DNA of 64,000 nucleotides from Actinomycetes bacterium (GCA_021372435.1 JAJFUK010000110.1:9022-73021); one strand, 5' to 3'; shown: positions 30,275 through 40,688, numbered from the stretch's first letter. The notes: a model not told the origin generated them from the sequence alone. Program-made: numbers and translations.

Positions 30275-32197
30275 CTATTCCGTCACCGGCACAATCTCAG
30301 ACCCGCCGGGCTCGTACCCGAAGTATGCCTCCATGACCCTGCGGACGACCGGGGCCGCCACTGAGCTCCCATGCCCGCCCTCCTCGATCAGCGCCACCAC
30401 GACGATCTCAGGGTCACCGTTGCCGTCGGCAGGGGCATAGCCCATGAAGAGGGCATAGTCGTCATCCGGGGCCTTTTGCGCCGTGCCCGTCTTCCCTCCC
30501 ACGGCTCTGGGGAAACCCCGGAACGCATCATAGGCCGTGCCCGAGGGATCGGACGTGACCAGGCGTAGGCCCCTGCGCACTTTGTTCAGGATGTCGGCGG
30601 CCACGCCGAGTTCTCCGTCCTTCTCGTCGGTGAACTGGTGGATGATCCTTCCTGAGGAGTCGGTGATCTGCAGGGCCAGGTGTGGTACCCAGACGTCCCC
30701 GCCGTTCACGATGGCCGAGAGCCCGACGGCCAGCTGCAGCGGGGTCACGAGCAGGTCGCCCTGGCCGATGGCCAAGTTGATCTCGTCGCCGGGCTTCCAA
30801 GCCTGTTCTTCGTCCGTCTGCCCGGTCTCTCTCTTCCAGATCTTGTCGGGGACCCTGCTCCCCGTGGTCTCCCCCGGAAGGTCTATACCGGTCCGGTCGC
30901 CGAAACCGAACCTGCGCAGGCCCTCTTGAAGCGGCTGACCGGCCTGTTCCCAGAGCAGGTAACCGAGGTTGTAGAAGTAGACGTCGCACGATTGCGCTAT
31001 GGCCGCGACGAGGTTGACGTCGCCGTGCCCATACTCTGTCCAGTCTTTCCAGGTCTGCCCCGCCACCGAGTACCTGCCGTTGCAGTTGATGATGGTGTCC
31101 CAGGTGACCACGCCGGCGTCGAGGGCCGCCGTGGCCACAAAGGGCTTGAAGGTCGACCCCGCCGGGTAGAGCCCGTTGACCGCCCGGTTGAACAGAGGGG
31201 AGTTCGCCTCAGGTTCGAGGAGTTCGGCGTATTTGTCGGCCTCGATGCCCCCGACCCAAAGAGATGGGTCGTAGTCCGGGTACGAGGCCATGGCCAGCAC
31301 CTCGCCTGTACGCGGGTCGAGGGCCACCACCGCCCCCCCGGCCGCGTTGGTGTAGCCGTCGACGTGCGCCCGTTGGATGCCCTCTACGATAGCCTTCTCC
31401 GCCGCCTGCTGCAATTCAGCGTCGATGGTCAGGATCAGGTTGTATCCCGACTCGGCGGCGACGTCTTCGACGAACTCGACGGGGCGCCCGCGGGCATCGA
31501 CCTCGACCGTCTTCCAGCCGTCGGTACCGCGCAGATACGAGTCGTAGGTCCTCTCCACCCCATCCTTGCCCACATGGACCCCGGCCGTCAGGTCGGTGAA
31601 TTCCTCCTGATCCAGGTCGGCCTCGGAGATCTCTCCCACAAAACCAAGCAGATGAGTGGCAAGGGCTTTGTAGGGGTACTGACGTAGGTATGTCTTCTCG
31701 ACCTCGATGCCTGGGAAGTCCTGAGCGTGTTCCTTGAGGTACGCGACCACGGTCTCCTCAGGCACGTCTTCCTCCACGGCGTACGTTATGTACGGATCTC
31801 TCTTGGCCCGCTCGTAATCTTTCAGGAGATCAGCCTCGGACGTCCCGAGAAGCTGCGCCAGTCGCGCTATCTCGGCCTGGAACTCCTCGGGTTCGTCCTT
31901 CGGGTCGTACATATCCATGGGCAGCATCCCCACGCTCAGTCCCGCGCGGTTGTCCACGAGCACCTCTCCGTTGCAGTCGTATATCACCCCTCTCGGAGCT
32001 TCCACCACCACGGTCCGCACCCGGTTCACCGTAGCAGACTCGACATAGCGGTCCCCCGAGAGGATCTGGAGGTACCACAGCCGGAACCCGAGCACGCCGA
32101 AGAGAAAGAAGGCAATGAGCAACAACACGCCGACCCGGATGCCGAGAAAGGAGTCATCCCCGGACGGCCGTCTCTCCTTGCCGGGCTCAAGGATCAT
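30275..32197 (-). CDS. mrdA: Penicillin-binding protein 2 (elongation-specific D,D-transpeptidase)
   Basis: Class B PBP with STFK, SSN and KTGTA motifs. Internal ATG at 32197 overlaps the mreD stop (ATGA). The track ORF extends to 32431. Confidence 0.85.
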   Translation of the reverse strand: MILEPGKERRPSGDDSFLGIRVGVLLLIAFFLFGVLGFRLWYLQILSGDRYVESATVNRVRTVVVEAPRGVIYDCNGEVLVDNRAGLSVGMLPMDMYDPKDEPEEFQAEIARLAQLLGTSEADLLKDYERAKRDPYITYAVEEDVPEETVVAYLKEHAQDFPGIEVEKTYLRQYPYKALATHLLGFVGEISEADLDQEEFTDLTAGVHVGKDGVERTYDSYLRGTDGWKTVEVDARGRPVEFVEDVAAESGYNLILTIDAELQQAAEKAIVEGIQRAHVDGYTNAAGGAVVALDPRTGEVLAMASYPDYDPSLWVGGIEADKYAELLEPEANSPLFNRAVNGLYPAGSTFKPFVATAALDAGVVTWDTIINCNGRYSVAGQTWKDWTEYGHGDVNLVAAIAQSCDVYFYNLGYLLWEQAGQPLQEGLRRFGFGDRTGIDLPGETTGSRVPDKIWKRETGQTDEEQAWKPGDEINLAIGQGDLLVTPLQLAVGLSAIVNGGDVWVPHLALQITDSSGRIIHQFTDEKDGELGVAADILNKVRRGLRLVTSDPSGTAYDAFRGFPRAVGGKTGTAQKAPDDDYALFMGYAPADGNGDPEIVVVALIEEGGHGSSVAAPVVRRVMEAYFGYEPGGSEIVPVTE

Positions 32198-32733
32198 CTC
32201 GCTCCGCTCCCCGCCGTTCCTGTGTCGACACGAGGAGCGGGGATCACCCGCAGACGCACCAAGAGCAGATACACCGGCATGGTCACCAGAGCGTCGAGGA
32301 CGGTCTCCGGCAGGATCTGGGTTCCCACGATCGTGAAGAAGCCCGCCTGCGGACCCATGGCATACTGGGCCAACCCGTAGAGGAACTGAGCCACGAAGGA
32401 CGCCCCTCCGGCGATGAGGAAGACTCCCCACAGGTTCACCGTCCCGAAACGGCGCACGATCATGCCCACGAAGTACCCCGAGAGGACGTAGATCAGCGAG
32501 CGGAGCCCCAGAGTCTCCACGAAGGCGATATCGGCGACCACGCCCGCCAGAAAACCGAACACCGCTCCATGCATGGAGCCCAGGCTGATCGCCACGACCA
32601 CGGTGAAGATGAGGAACAGGTCGGCGGTGACGCCGAGAACGCTCACCCGCGAAACGACCAACACCTGCAACGCGACGGCGATCACCACCAGCAGAGCCGC
32701 CTTGCCGATCGCTATCAACTGCTTACGACCCAC
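32194..32733 (-). CDS. mreD: Rod shape-determining protein MreD
   Basis: 179-aa membrane protein with several TM helices, located between mreC and mrdA. Confidence 0.75.
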   Translation of the reverse strand: MGRKQLIAIGKAALLVVIAVALQVLVVSRVSVLGVTADLFLIFTVVVAISLGSMHGAVFGFLAGVVADIAFVETLGLRSLIYVLSGYFVGMIVRRFGTVNLWGVFLIAGGASFVAQFLYGLAQYAMGPQAGFFTIVGTQILPETVLDALVTMPVYLLLVRLRVIPAPRVDTGTAGSGAR

Positions 32734-32735
32734 GT

Positions 32736-33683
32736 CTATCGCCCTGCGCTTCCCAGGGTGATGGTCGTGGTGGTCGAGGTCGTGGTGGTCGAGGTGACGG
32801 CGCCGGTGGTGGGCGTCTCGACCGGCAGGATCAGGACCATGACTTCCTCAAGGACGCGGAAGTCGACGAAGGGCTGCACTTCGATCTCTTTGTAGATGTT
32901 GACGTCCTCTTCGCCCACGCTGGCGACGATGCCGATGGGGATGTCGGCCGGATAGACGCCGCCGTAGCCGGACGTGACGATGACCAGCTTGGGGTCGACC
33001 GCTATGTCGCGGTCCACGTAGTCCATGATCAAATCACCCGACACCGATCCCTCTACGATCCCCTCCGCGCGTGACCCCTGGATCTTAGCGGCTACAGCGG
33101 ACTCGGCATCGGTGATGAGTTGCACTTGGGCCGTGTGTTCCGTGACCGACACGACCTTGCCCACCAACCCTTTGCCCGCCAGGGACTCGCCGGCCGTCGG
33201 GGTGGCCCCTACCACCGGCGACCCCACCCGGATCCCGTCGACGGAGCCCTTGTCTATCTGTACCCACGCCTGCCAGCGTGTCGGAGATTTGCCGATGACT
33301 CGGGCCGACGTGAACTCCGTCCCTTCCGGGTAGATCCCTTTGTCAGGATGCAGATCGAGTAGGGCCCGGAGGCGCTGGTTCTCTTCCGCCTGTTCCTCCA
33401 GTTTGATGGCCTCTCCCTGCAGCGCCTGCAGTTCTTCCTCCAGCTTCTGGGCCCTCTGATGAGCCGACCACAGGGTCTTGAGCCACTGGTAACCGTCCTG
33501 GAACGGTTCGGCTATCTCGGCGCCCCACGATTGAAGAGGAGACAACAGACCGGCCCCGGCGTCCTGTATGGCATGCACCGGGCCCGACTCTGCCTCGCGG
33601 AACGACACCGTCAGCAGCGCCAACGAAGCCAGGATCAGGATGACGAAGACGGGCCTTCGCCAAGCTACCTTGTTACGCGGCAT
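32736..33683 (-). CDS. mreC: Rod shape-determining protein MreC
   Basis: N-terminal TM helix, a coiled coil (ELQALQGEAIKLEEQAEENQRLRALL) and a C-terminal beta domain, followed by a Thr-rich tail. Confidence 0.85.
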   Translation of the reverse strand: MPRNKVAWRRPVFVILILASLALLTVSFREAESGPVHAIQDAGAGLLSPLQSWGAEIAEPFQDGYQWLKTLWSAHQRAQKLEEELQALQGEAIKLEEQAEENQRLRALLDLHPDKGIYPEGTEFTSARVIGKSPTRWQAWVQIDKGSVDGIRVGSPVVGATPTAGESLAGKGLVGKVVSVTEHTAQVQLITDAESAVAAKIQGSRAEGIVEGSVSGDLIMDYVDRDIAVDPKLVIVTSGYGGVYPADIPIGIVASVGEEDVNIYKEIEVQPFVDFRVLEEVMVLILPVETPTTGAVTSTTTTSTTTTITLGSAGR

Positions 33684-33698
33684 AATGACCCCCGCTAC

Positions 33699-34784
33699 CT
33701 AGTAGCGGCGTCTCTTCGCCCTCTGTGACAGTTGATGGAGGGTATCGAACTCTTCCAGGGAGCGCCCGGATCCGACGGCCACGCAGGTGAGCGGCGACTC
33801 GGCCAGGTTCACCGGCATCTGGGTCTCATCCCGTACGCGCTCGCACATGCCCCGCAGCAGAGATCCGCCACCGGCCATCATGATGCCTCGGTCCATGATG
33901 TCGGAAGCCAACTCAGGAGGGGTCTTGTCCAGCGTCGCCTTGATGGCATCGATGATGGCCGCCACGGGCTCCTCGATGGCCTCTCTGATCTCCTCAGAAG
34001 AGACGACCAGAGTCTTGGGAAGCCCGGTCACCAGGTCACGCCCGCGGATCTCGGCCTGTTCCTCCTGCTCGAGCGGGAACGCCGAGCCGATCTCGAGCTT
34101 GAGCTCTTCGGCGGTCTGGCTGCCGATCATGAGCTTGTACTCCTTCTTAACGTAGGCGATGATCGCCTCGTCCAGCTCGTCCCCCCCGATGCGCACCGAC
34201 TGCGCGACCACGATGCCGGCCAACGAGATGACCGCGACCTCGCTCGTGCCGCCGCCGATATCGACGATCATGCTGCCCGTGGCCTCGGCGACCGGCAGAC
34301 CGGCTCCGATGGCCGCGGCCATAGGCTCCTCGATCAGATATGCAGCCCGGGCGCCCGCGCTGATGGTGGCCTCCTCGACCGCCCGGCGCTCGACCCCCGT
34401 GACTCCCGAAGGCACGCAGACCACCACCCGCGGGTGTGCCCAGCGATTCTGATGCACCCGCTGGATGAAGTGCCGCAGCATCTGCTCGGTGACGTCGAAG
34501 TCGGCGATGACCCCGTCTTTGAGGGGTCTGATGGCCGTGATGGTGCCCGGCGTGCGTCCGAGCATGCGCTTCGCGTCGGTGCCGACCGCCAGCACGTCCC
34601 CGGTACGAGAGTCGATGGCCACTACCGAGGGCTCGGAAAGAACGATACCCCGGCCCCGCACGTATACCAGCGTCGTAGCGGTACCCAGATCCACGGCCAT
34701 GTCTCGTCCGGCGAAGCCGGTGATGAACTCGGTGAAGGCTATTGCTCTCCCTCCCTGCGACCGATCACTCGCCTTGGGCCCCAA
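33699..34784 (-). CDS. mreB: Rod shape-determining actin homolog MreB
   Basis: Actin/Hsp70 fold motifs ([19 protein letters not shown]). The real start may be a few codons inside the 361-aa track ORF. Confidence 0.9.
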   Translation of the reverse strand: MGPKASDRSQGGRAIAFTEFITGFAGRDMAVDLGTATTLVYVRGRGIVLSEPSVVAIDSRTGDVLAVGTDAKRMLGRTPGTITAIRPLKDGVIADFDVTEQMLRHFIQRVHQNRWAHPRVVVCVPSGVTGVERRAVEEATISAGARAAYLIEEPMAAAIGAGLPVAEATGSMIVDIGGGTSEVAVISLAGIVVAQSVRIGGDELDEAIIAYVKKEYKLMIGSQTAEELKLEIGSAFPLEQEEQAEIRGRDLVTGLPKTLVVSSEEIREAIEEPVAAIIDAIKATLDKTPPELASDIMDRGIMMAGGGSLLRGMCERVRDETQMPVNLAESPLTCVAVGSGRSLEEFDTLHQLSQRAKRRRY

Positions 34785-34832
34785 GGGCCTCGGGTCCCGG
34801 TATTATACCTACTGCGGCGACGCTCTGCCGCT

Positions 34833-35495
34833 TCATGTCACTCGGGCTCCCGGCAGCCACTGCCTGCGTAGAAGGTCGAAGCCCAGCTCCCTGAACAGAC
34901 CGGCCAGCAGACACAGAGGAAGGCCGACCACGTTACTGTACTCACCGCGCACCTCGGAAACGAACAGCGCCGCCAAGCCCTGCACGGCATACGCTCCGGC
35001 TTTGCCTCTCCATTCTCCCGAGGCCAGGTAGGCAGCGAGCTGAGCGGCCTCGAGCGGTAGGAACGTGACCTCGGTCGTCGTGCTCGCCACCCGGACCTCG
35101 TCCGCTCGGAGCCGGGGCCGGGAGTGTCCCGTGCGGACCAGAGCGACGGCAGAGACCACCTGATGAGTGCGGCCCGACAGCGAGGCCATCATCCGGGCCG
35201 CTTCGGCCTCGGACGCGGGCTTGCCCATCACCACGCCATCGAGGGTCACAAGGGTGTCCGTCCCCAGAACGAACACACCCGCCTGCAGGTCGTCCGGCAA
35301 AAAAGCACCGCAGACCTTGGCCAGAGCGTTCCTCTCCGCCAGAGCCACGGCCGTCCCGCCCGTGGTGACCTCCTCGGCGTCCGAGGGCACCACCGTGAAC
35401 GGCACGCCCATGTCGCGCAGGAGTGAATGCCGGCGGGGAGACTGGGAGGCCAGGATCAGACGGAAGTCCGCGGGGAACGAGGGTAGATGTTCCAT
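34833..35495 (-). CDS. maf: Maf-family nucleoside triphosphate pyrophosphatase (septum formation protein Maf)
   Basis: LILASQSPRR ... motif block of the Maf/Ham1 family. Start taken at MEHLPSF. Confidence 0.8.
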   Translation of the reverse strand: MEHLPSFPADFRLILASQSPRRHSLLRDMGVPFTVVPSDAEEVTTGGTAVALAERNALAKVCGAFLPDDLQAGVFVLGTDTLVTLDGVVMGKPASEAEAARMMASLSGRTHQVVSAVALVRTGHSRPRLRADEVRVASTTTEVTFLPLEAAQLAAYLASGEWRGKAGAYAVQGLAALFVSEVRGEYSNVVGLPLCLLAGLFRELGFDLLRRQWLPGARVT

Positions 35496-35580
35496 GGAGG
35501 GACCCGGTAGGGACGACCACAAGTACTTGGACTCCGCGCGCCGGCTCACAAGCGCGCGCCCCCCCGTCTCCGTACCTTTA

Positions 35581-36015
35581 TCAAGGCTTCAGCTCTCCAC
35601 CCTCCGGAAAGAAGATGGCGATCTCACGTTCGGCGCTCTCCAGGCTGTCGGCGCTGTGCACCACGTTCCGGCGCATGTCGAGTCCGAAGTCCCCGCGCAC
35701 GGTGCCGGGATCGGCTTCGAGCGGGTTCGTCGCTCCCATCATCCGCCGGACCACCTTTACCGCCGATGGGCCCTCCACCACCATGGCAAAGATGGGACCC
35801 GAGGTGATGTGCTCCACAAGCTCATCGTAGAAGCTCTTGCCCTCGTGCTCGGCGTAGTGCCTGGCGGCCATCTCAGGGGTGACCACCAGCAGCCGGGCGA
35901 CCTTGATGGTCAGTCCGCGCCGCTCCATCCTGCTGATGACTTCTCCGATAAGCCCGCGGGCGACACCGCTCGGCTTGACCAACACCAACGTTCGCTCGAT
36001 CACTGTGCCCTCCAT
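35581..36015 (-). CDS. ndk: Nucleoside diphosphate kinase
   Basis: ERTLVLVKPSGV ... NVVHSADS, with the catalytic histidine region. Start at MEGTVIERTL (ATG 36015). Confidence 0.9.
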   Translation of the reverse strand: MEGTVIERTLVLVKPSGVARGLIGEVISRMERRGLTIKVARLLVVTPEMAARHYAEHEGKSFYDELVEHITSGPIFAMVVEGPSAVKVVRRMMGATNPLEADPGTVRGDFGLDMRRNVVHSADSLESAEREIAIFFPEGGELKP

Positions 36016-36057
36016 GGCTCCGGCGCGGTTCTGCGCTTCACACACCAGCGAAAAAGA

Positions 36058-36573
36058 TCACTCACGACCCTCGACGGCGTGAAACTCGGGGACCGCGTCG
36101 ACCGGAGGCGGGACCCGCCTCGTTCTCGGATCGTATCCGCAATAGGGGCAGAGCTTCCAGCTCGGTTCCTGGACCCGTTCACAGGAAGGGCAGGTCGTGC
36201 GCAGTGTTCTCCGGCAGTTCGGACAGGCCACGTACTCGGGCTTGATGAGCTCCCCGCATGAGGGACAGGCGCGCATGATCTGCAACTCCTGCTCCATGGC
36301 CCGCACCTCCAACTCCCGCTCCCGTACCTCGGCCAGGTACTCCGCCGGACGAAGGATGGCGTAGACCACGGTCCCCATGAACGGCAACACCAGCGAGGTG
36401 AGCACCGCCACCGCTACGACGACCGGGTCTTCGATCCGCTTGCGCGCGTCCTTGTACGTCCAGAGGACGAGCGCCAACCAGAGGACCACCACGCAGAAAG
36501 CGAGGACGTACAGGGCGAGCGTCCAGACAGGGGAGTTGATGATCTTGTTGATGGTCTCGAAGAGACTGTCCAA
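36058..36573 (-). CDS. Membrane-anchored double zinc-ribbon protein (DUF4233-like N-terminus?)
   Basis: TTG start at 36573. Two N-terminal TM helices, then two CxxC...CxxC zinc-ribbon units (CPSCGELI..CPNC, CPSCERV..CPYC). Holds the conserved folC-[membrane protein]-ndk position. Confidence 0.55.
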   Translation of the reverse strand: MDSLFETINKIINSPVWTLALYVLAFCVVVLWLALVLWTYKDARKRIEDPVVVAVAVLTSLVLPFMGTVVYAILRPAEYLAEVRERELEVRAMEQELQIMRACPSCGELIKPEYVACPNCRRTLRTTCPSCERVQEPSWKLCPYCGYDPRTRRVPPPVDAVPEFHAVEGRE

Positions 36574-36582
36574 CTCCCACTC

Positions 36583-36708
36583 CTAGATCACGAGCCGGGC
36601 GAGAACGTAGCCGACCGTAAAGGATACCACCACGATGCCGAGCGGCACGAGCGCCGCGACAAGGACCGACGGACGGCATGGCCCCCTCTGTACCGCACGC
36701 AGCGGCAC
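36583..36708 (-). CDS. Candidate small single-TM membrane peptide (about 21-41 aa, start uncertain)
   Basis: Not in the ORF track because it is under 60 aa. Minus-strand frame from GTG 36708 to TAG 36585..36583 reads VPLRAVQRGPCRPSVLVAALVPLGIVVVSFTVGYVLARLVI. GC3 is about 80%, the C-terminal 28 aa form a clean TM helix, and the stop lies 9 nt before the TTG start of the next gene with a GGAGTGGGAG Shine-Dalgarno sequence between them. Confidence 0.25.
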   Translation of the reverse strand: MPLRAVQRGPCRPSVLVAALVPLGIVVVSFTVGYVLARLVI

Positions 36709-36711
36709 GGT

Positions 36712-38010
36712 CTAGTTGAGCCCCCTCTTGAGATCGGATATGAGCGTGAACGACCCGGTCACCAGAATCACCTGGTTCGAGGTGGCCAACCGGTACGCGC
36801 TGACCATCGCCGAGCGCGGGTCGGGGTCGACGAAGACCTCCGGGCCTTTGCCCACCTTCGAGATGAGGGCGGCCAGTTCGTCCGCCGGGCGCGCCCGGGG
36901 GCTGGAGCTCTGGGTGGCGAAGATGATGTCGCAAGAGGGAGCCAGGTGGCGCGCCATCTCTTCAGCCTCCTTGTCCTTCAGGATGGAGACGACCGCGATC
37001 AGCCGGCGCCTCTCCAGGATCTGTTCGAGAGAGCGCATGGTCTCTTCCATGCCGGGCGGGTTGTGCGAACCGTCGAAGATGCAGAGCGGCTGCGTGCTGA
37101 TGACCTCCAAGCGCCCGGGGACCACGGTCAAACCAAGGGCCGAGCGCACGGCCCCACCGTCCAGCTCTGCGCCCACGAACAGCTCCGCCGCGGCCACGGC
37201 GCAGGCGGCGTTCGCCCGCTGGTAGCTGCCGAGGACCCTGAGGCTCAGGTCGGTGTAGCTGCCGTACAGTCCGAAGACGTCGAAGGTGTCGGCCCGCGCG
37301 TCCGCCAACACCACGAACTCCTCGCCCAGGAAGTGGCACACGGCTTCCCTGGCCGTGCATATCTCCTTGAGCTCGGACTTAAGGGCCCGGTCGAGGATCC
37401 CGCTGACGACCTTGCCGTTGCGCGGGATGACGGCGGCCTTCTCGCGGAGGATGGCCGAAGGAGTGTCTCCCAGCAGCTCGATGTGTTCCCTTCCGATGGT
37501 CGTGATGACCTGGACCTCGGACGAGATCACCGAGGTGGCGTCGAGGCGCCCGCCCAGTCCCGCCTCGATCACAGCCACGTCACACCCCTGCTCTTTGAAA
37601 TACAAGAACGCCGCGGCGGTCAGCACCTCGAACTGGGTAAGACGCTCCCCGGGAGAGAAGGTCCTTTCGAGCTCATCCGCCACGGGACGGATGCGGGCCA
37701 CAAGGTCGCAGAACTCCTCCTCGCTGGACGGGATGGAGTCGACCATCTGCCGCTCGGCCAGGCTGATCAGATGAGGCGAGACATACGCTCCCACTCGAAG
37801 ACCCCGGGCCTGTAGAAGCGACGAGATGAAGCGGGTCGTGGAGCTCTTTCCATTGGTCCCGACCACGTGGATGGTCCGGTAAGCCTGGTGAGGCGAGCCC
37901 AGAGCTTCCACCAGCCGGGTGACCCGTTCCAGACCCAGACGCCAGCCCAGCCGCTCAAGCCCGTTGATGTACTCCCAGACCCCCGCGGGGCCGCAGTCGG
38001 AACCGCTCAA
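36712..38010 (-). CDS. folC: Bifunctional folylpolyglutamate synthase / dihydrofolate synthase
   Basis: Mur-ligase-like P-loop VVGTNGKSST and FolC signatures. Start overlaps the valS stop. Confidence 0.85.
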   Translation of the reverse strand: MSGSDCGPAGVWEYINGLERLGWRLGLERVTRLVEALGSPHQAYRTIHVVGTNGKSSTTRFISSLLQARGLRVGAYVSPHLISLAERQMVDSIPSSEEEFCDLVARIRPVADELERTFSPGERLTQFEVLTAAAFLYFKEQGCDVAVIEAGLGGRLDATSVISSEVQVITTIGREHIELLGDTPSAILREKAAVIPRNGKVVSGILDRALKSELKEICTAREAVCHFLGEEFVVLADARADTFDVFGLYGSYTDLSLRVLGSYQRANAACAVAAAELFVGAELDGGAVRSALGLTVVPGRLEVISTQPLCIFDGSHNPPGMEETMRSLEQILERRRLIAVVSILKDKEAEEMARHLAPSCDIIFATQSSSPRARPADELAALISKVGKGPEVFVDPDPRSAMVSAYRLATSNQVILVTGSFTLISDLKRGLN

Positions 38011-40688
38011 GACCGCATCCTTTCCACCGACGGGAGTTCTCCCCCGATGCGCTCCCGATACTGCAGCCTTACTTCGTCGAGCACCGCCTCGGCGGCGGCC
38101 AGACGACTCCGCTCCTCAGCCACCACCGCCTCGGGCGCCTTGGCCAAGAACCCCGGATTATCCAATTTGGCCCGAGCCTTCGCGGCTTCCGCCTCAGCTT
38201 TGCGGGCCTTGCCGACCAGCCGGTCGCGCTCCCGTCCCACGTCGACCAGCCCCTCGAGGTCCAGGAGGGCTTTGACCCCGGCCGACACGACGGAGGCGAA
38301 ACGCCCCGCCGGCTCCGTGCCCTCCGGGACGACCCCGGCAAGGTCGCAGCCCGACAATTGCCGGAAGGGCCGCTGCAAGGCCACGAGCGGCGACGCCGCG
38401 CCGGGTTGGAGCTCCACCAAGCGGACCCGGCCTATGAGGTCCCGCGCCAGGCCCAACTCCTCGCGCGTCGAACGCAGACCCCCCACCACCGCGATAAACA
38501 CCTCCATGGCCGCTTCAGCCTCAGGGTCGACCCACTCCGGGCGGGGTCCCGGATACGTCGCGTCGAAAAGGCTCGCCGGGCGCCGCCCGGCGCCGACTTG
38601 GGGAAGATGACCGTAGATCTCCTCCGTCACGAACGGCATGATGGGGTGCAGGAGGATCATCACCTGCTCAAGAAGAACGAGAAGATTGCCGCTCACCTGC
38701 AGGCGCTCAGCCTCGTCCTCGCTGTAGAGCCGGCTCTTGGCCACTTCCAAGTACCAGTCGCAGACCTCGTTCCATACGAACCGGTAGAGCACCCGGGCCA
38801 CATCGTCGAACTCGTAGCCCTCATACAGTCCGGCCACCTCCTCAGCGACGGCCGTCAGCCGGCTGAAGATCCACCGGTCGGCCGGAGTGGCGGGCTCGAC
38901 CTGTGGTTCAGCCTGAGGGTGGGCCCCCTGCAGCACCAGACGGGAAGCGTTCCAGATCTTGTTCGCGAAGTTCCGCCCCATCTCGATGCGCTCGGCGCTG
39001 AAGCGCACGTCCTGCACGGAGCTCATGTAGGCCAGCCCGAACCGGGTGGCGTCGGCCCCATAGTCGGCGATGAGCTCCAGGGGGTCGACACCCGTGCCCA
39101 GGCTCTTGCTCATGCGCCTGCCGTCGGCCGCGAGGACCGTCGGATGGATGATGACGTCGGCGAAGGGCGCCTTCCCCGTGAACTCCAGCCCCATCATGAT
39201 CATGCGGGCGACCCATAGGTAGATGATGTCCCGGGCGGTGGAGAGCACCGTGGTGGGATAGAAGGTCTCGAGCTCCCGCGTCTGCTCGGGCCAACCCAGA
39301 CTGGCGAAGGGCCACAGGGCCGAACTGAACCAGGTGTCGAGCACATCCTCCTCCTGCCGCAGCGGGCCGCCGCACTTCTCACACTCCGGCGGTGGCGAGG
39401 CCGCCACCATCACGTGATCGCAGGACTCGCAGAAGTAGGCGGGGATCCGATGCCCCCACCAGAGCTGCCGGCTGATGCACCACGGCCGGATGCCCCGCAT
39501 CCAATCCAAGTAGACCTCGCCCCAGCGGGCCGGCACGAACCGGACCCGGCCGTCTTCGACGGCCTTGATGGCGGGTCCTGCCAGGCGCTTCATATCCATG
39601 AACCACTGCAGCGAAAGGAGCGGCTCGATGGTGGTGCCGCACCGATAACACGTACCGACCGCATGGTTGTAGTCTTCGGCTTTAACGAAGAGGCCGTCCC
39701 GCTCCAACCTCTCGATGACCGCCTCCCGGGCCTCGGCGGCGGTCAGCCCGGCGAAGTCGCCGGCCTCTTCGGTCATGAGCCCGTCCGGCCCGATCACCGA
39801 CACGCTGGGCAAACCGTGCCGCAGACCGATCTCCCAGTCGTCGGGGTCGTGTCCCGGGGTGATCTTCAAGGCGCCGGTGCCGAAGCCGATATCCACATGC
39901 TCATCGGCGATGATCGGGACCTCGCGCCCTACCATCGGCACCACAGCGGTCTTACCGACGAACCGCCCGTAACGCAGGTCCTTGGGATTGACGGCCACGG
40001 CCGTGTCACCGAGGATGGTCTCGGGACGAGTGGTCGCCACAGTCAGCGTCTCAGCGGAGCCGGCCACCGGGTAGCGGACATAGTACAGTTTTGAAGCACG
40101 GTCCTCGTGCTCCACCTCCAGATCCGAGATGGCCGAGCCACAACGCACGCACCAGTTGACCAGATAGACGTCGCGATAGATGTGACCCTTCTCGTACAGC
40201 TCCACGAAGACCCTGACCACCGCCTTCTGGTAGGCCTCGTCCATGGTGAAGCGCTCCGACTCGTAATCACAGGCGCAGCCCAGGCTCTTCAGCTGATGGA
40301 TGATGGTGGAGCCGTACCGGCGCCGCCACTCCCACACCCGCTTCTCGAAGGCTTCCCGGCCGATATCTTCCTTCCGAAGCCCCTCGGCCGCCAACTGACC
40401 CTCGACCTTGTTCTGAGTGGCGATGCCGGCATGGTCGGTCCCTACCACCCAGAGGGTGTTGAACCCCCGTAGGTGGTGGTAGCGGATGAGGATGTCCTGG
40501 ATGGTGTCGTTGAGGGCGTGCCCCATGTGCAGCGACCCCGTGATGTTCGGCGGGGGGATGGCGATGACGTACGGAGGACGCGGGTCGTCCGCCGACGCGT
40601 GGAAGGAAGAGCGATCCAGCCAGCGTCTCATGAGACGCTCCTCGACTTCGTGCGGCGCGTAGCGCGCCGCCATGCTCACCTCGGTCAC
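38007..40688 (-). CDS. valS: Valine--tRNA ligase
   Basis: 893 aa with the class I HIGH motif (PPPNITGSLHMGHA), a KMSKS motif (RMSKSLG), an editing domain and a C-terminal coiled coil. Confidence 0.9.
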   Translation of the reverse strand: MTEVSMAARYAPHEVEERLMRRWLDRSSFHASADDPRPPYVIAIPPPNITGSLHMGHALNDTIQDILIRYHHLRGFNTLWVVGTDHAGIATQNKVEGQLAAEGLRKEDIGREAFEKRVWEWRRRYGSTIIHQLKSLGCACDYESERFTMDEAYQKAVVRVFVELYEKGHIYRDVYLVNWCVRCGSAISDLEVEHEDRASKLYYVRYPVAGSAETLTVATTRPETILGDTAVAVNPKDLRYGRFVGKTAVVPMVGREVPIIADEHVDIGFGTGALKITPGHDPDDWEIGLRHGLPSVSVIGPDGLMTEEAGDFAGLTAAEAREAVIERLERDGLFVKAEDYNHAVGTCYRCGTTIEPLLSLQWFMDMKRLAGPAIKAVEDGRVRFVPARWGEVYLDWMRGIRPWCISRQLWWGHRIPAYFCESCDHVMVAASPPPECEKCGGPLRQEEDVLDTWFSSALWPFASLGWPEQTRELETFYPTTVLSTARDIIYLWVARMIMMGLEFTGKAPFADVIIHPTVLAADGRRMSKSLGTGVDPLELIADYGADATRFGLAYMSSVQDVRFSAERIEMGRNFANKIWNASRLVLQGAHPQAEPQVEPATPADRWIFSRLTAVAEEVAGLYEGYEFDDVARVLYRFVWNEVCDWYLEVAKSRLYSEDEAERLQVSGNLLVLLEQVMILLHPIMPFVTEEIYGHLPQVGAGRRPASLFDATYPGPRPEWVDPEAEAAMEVFIAVVGGLRSTREELGLARDLIGRVRLVELQPGAASPLVALQRPFRQLSGCDLAGVVPEGTEPAGRFASVVSAGVKALLDLEGLVDVGRERDRLVGKARKAEAEAAKARAKLDNPGFLAKAPEAVVAEERSRLAAAEAVLDEVRLQYRERIGGELPSVERMRS

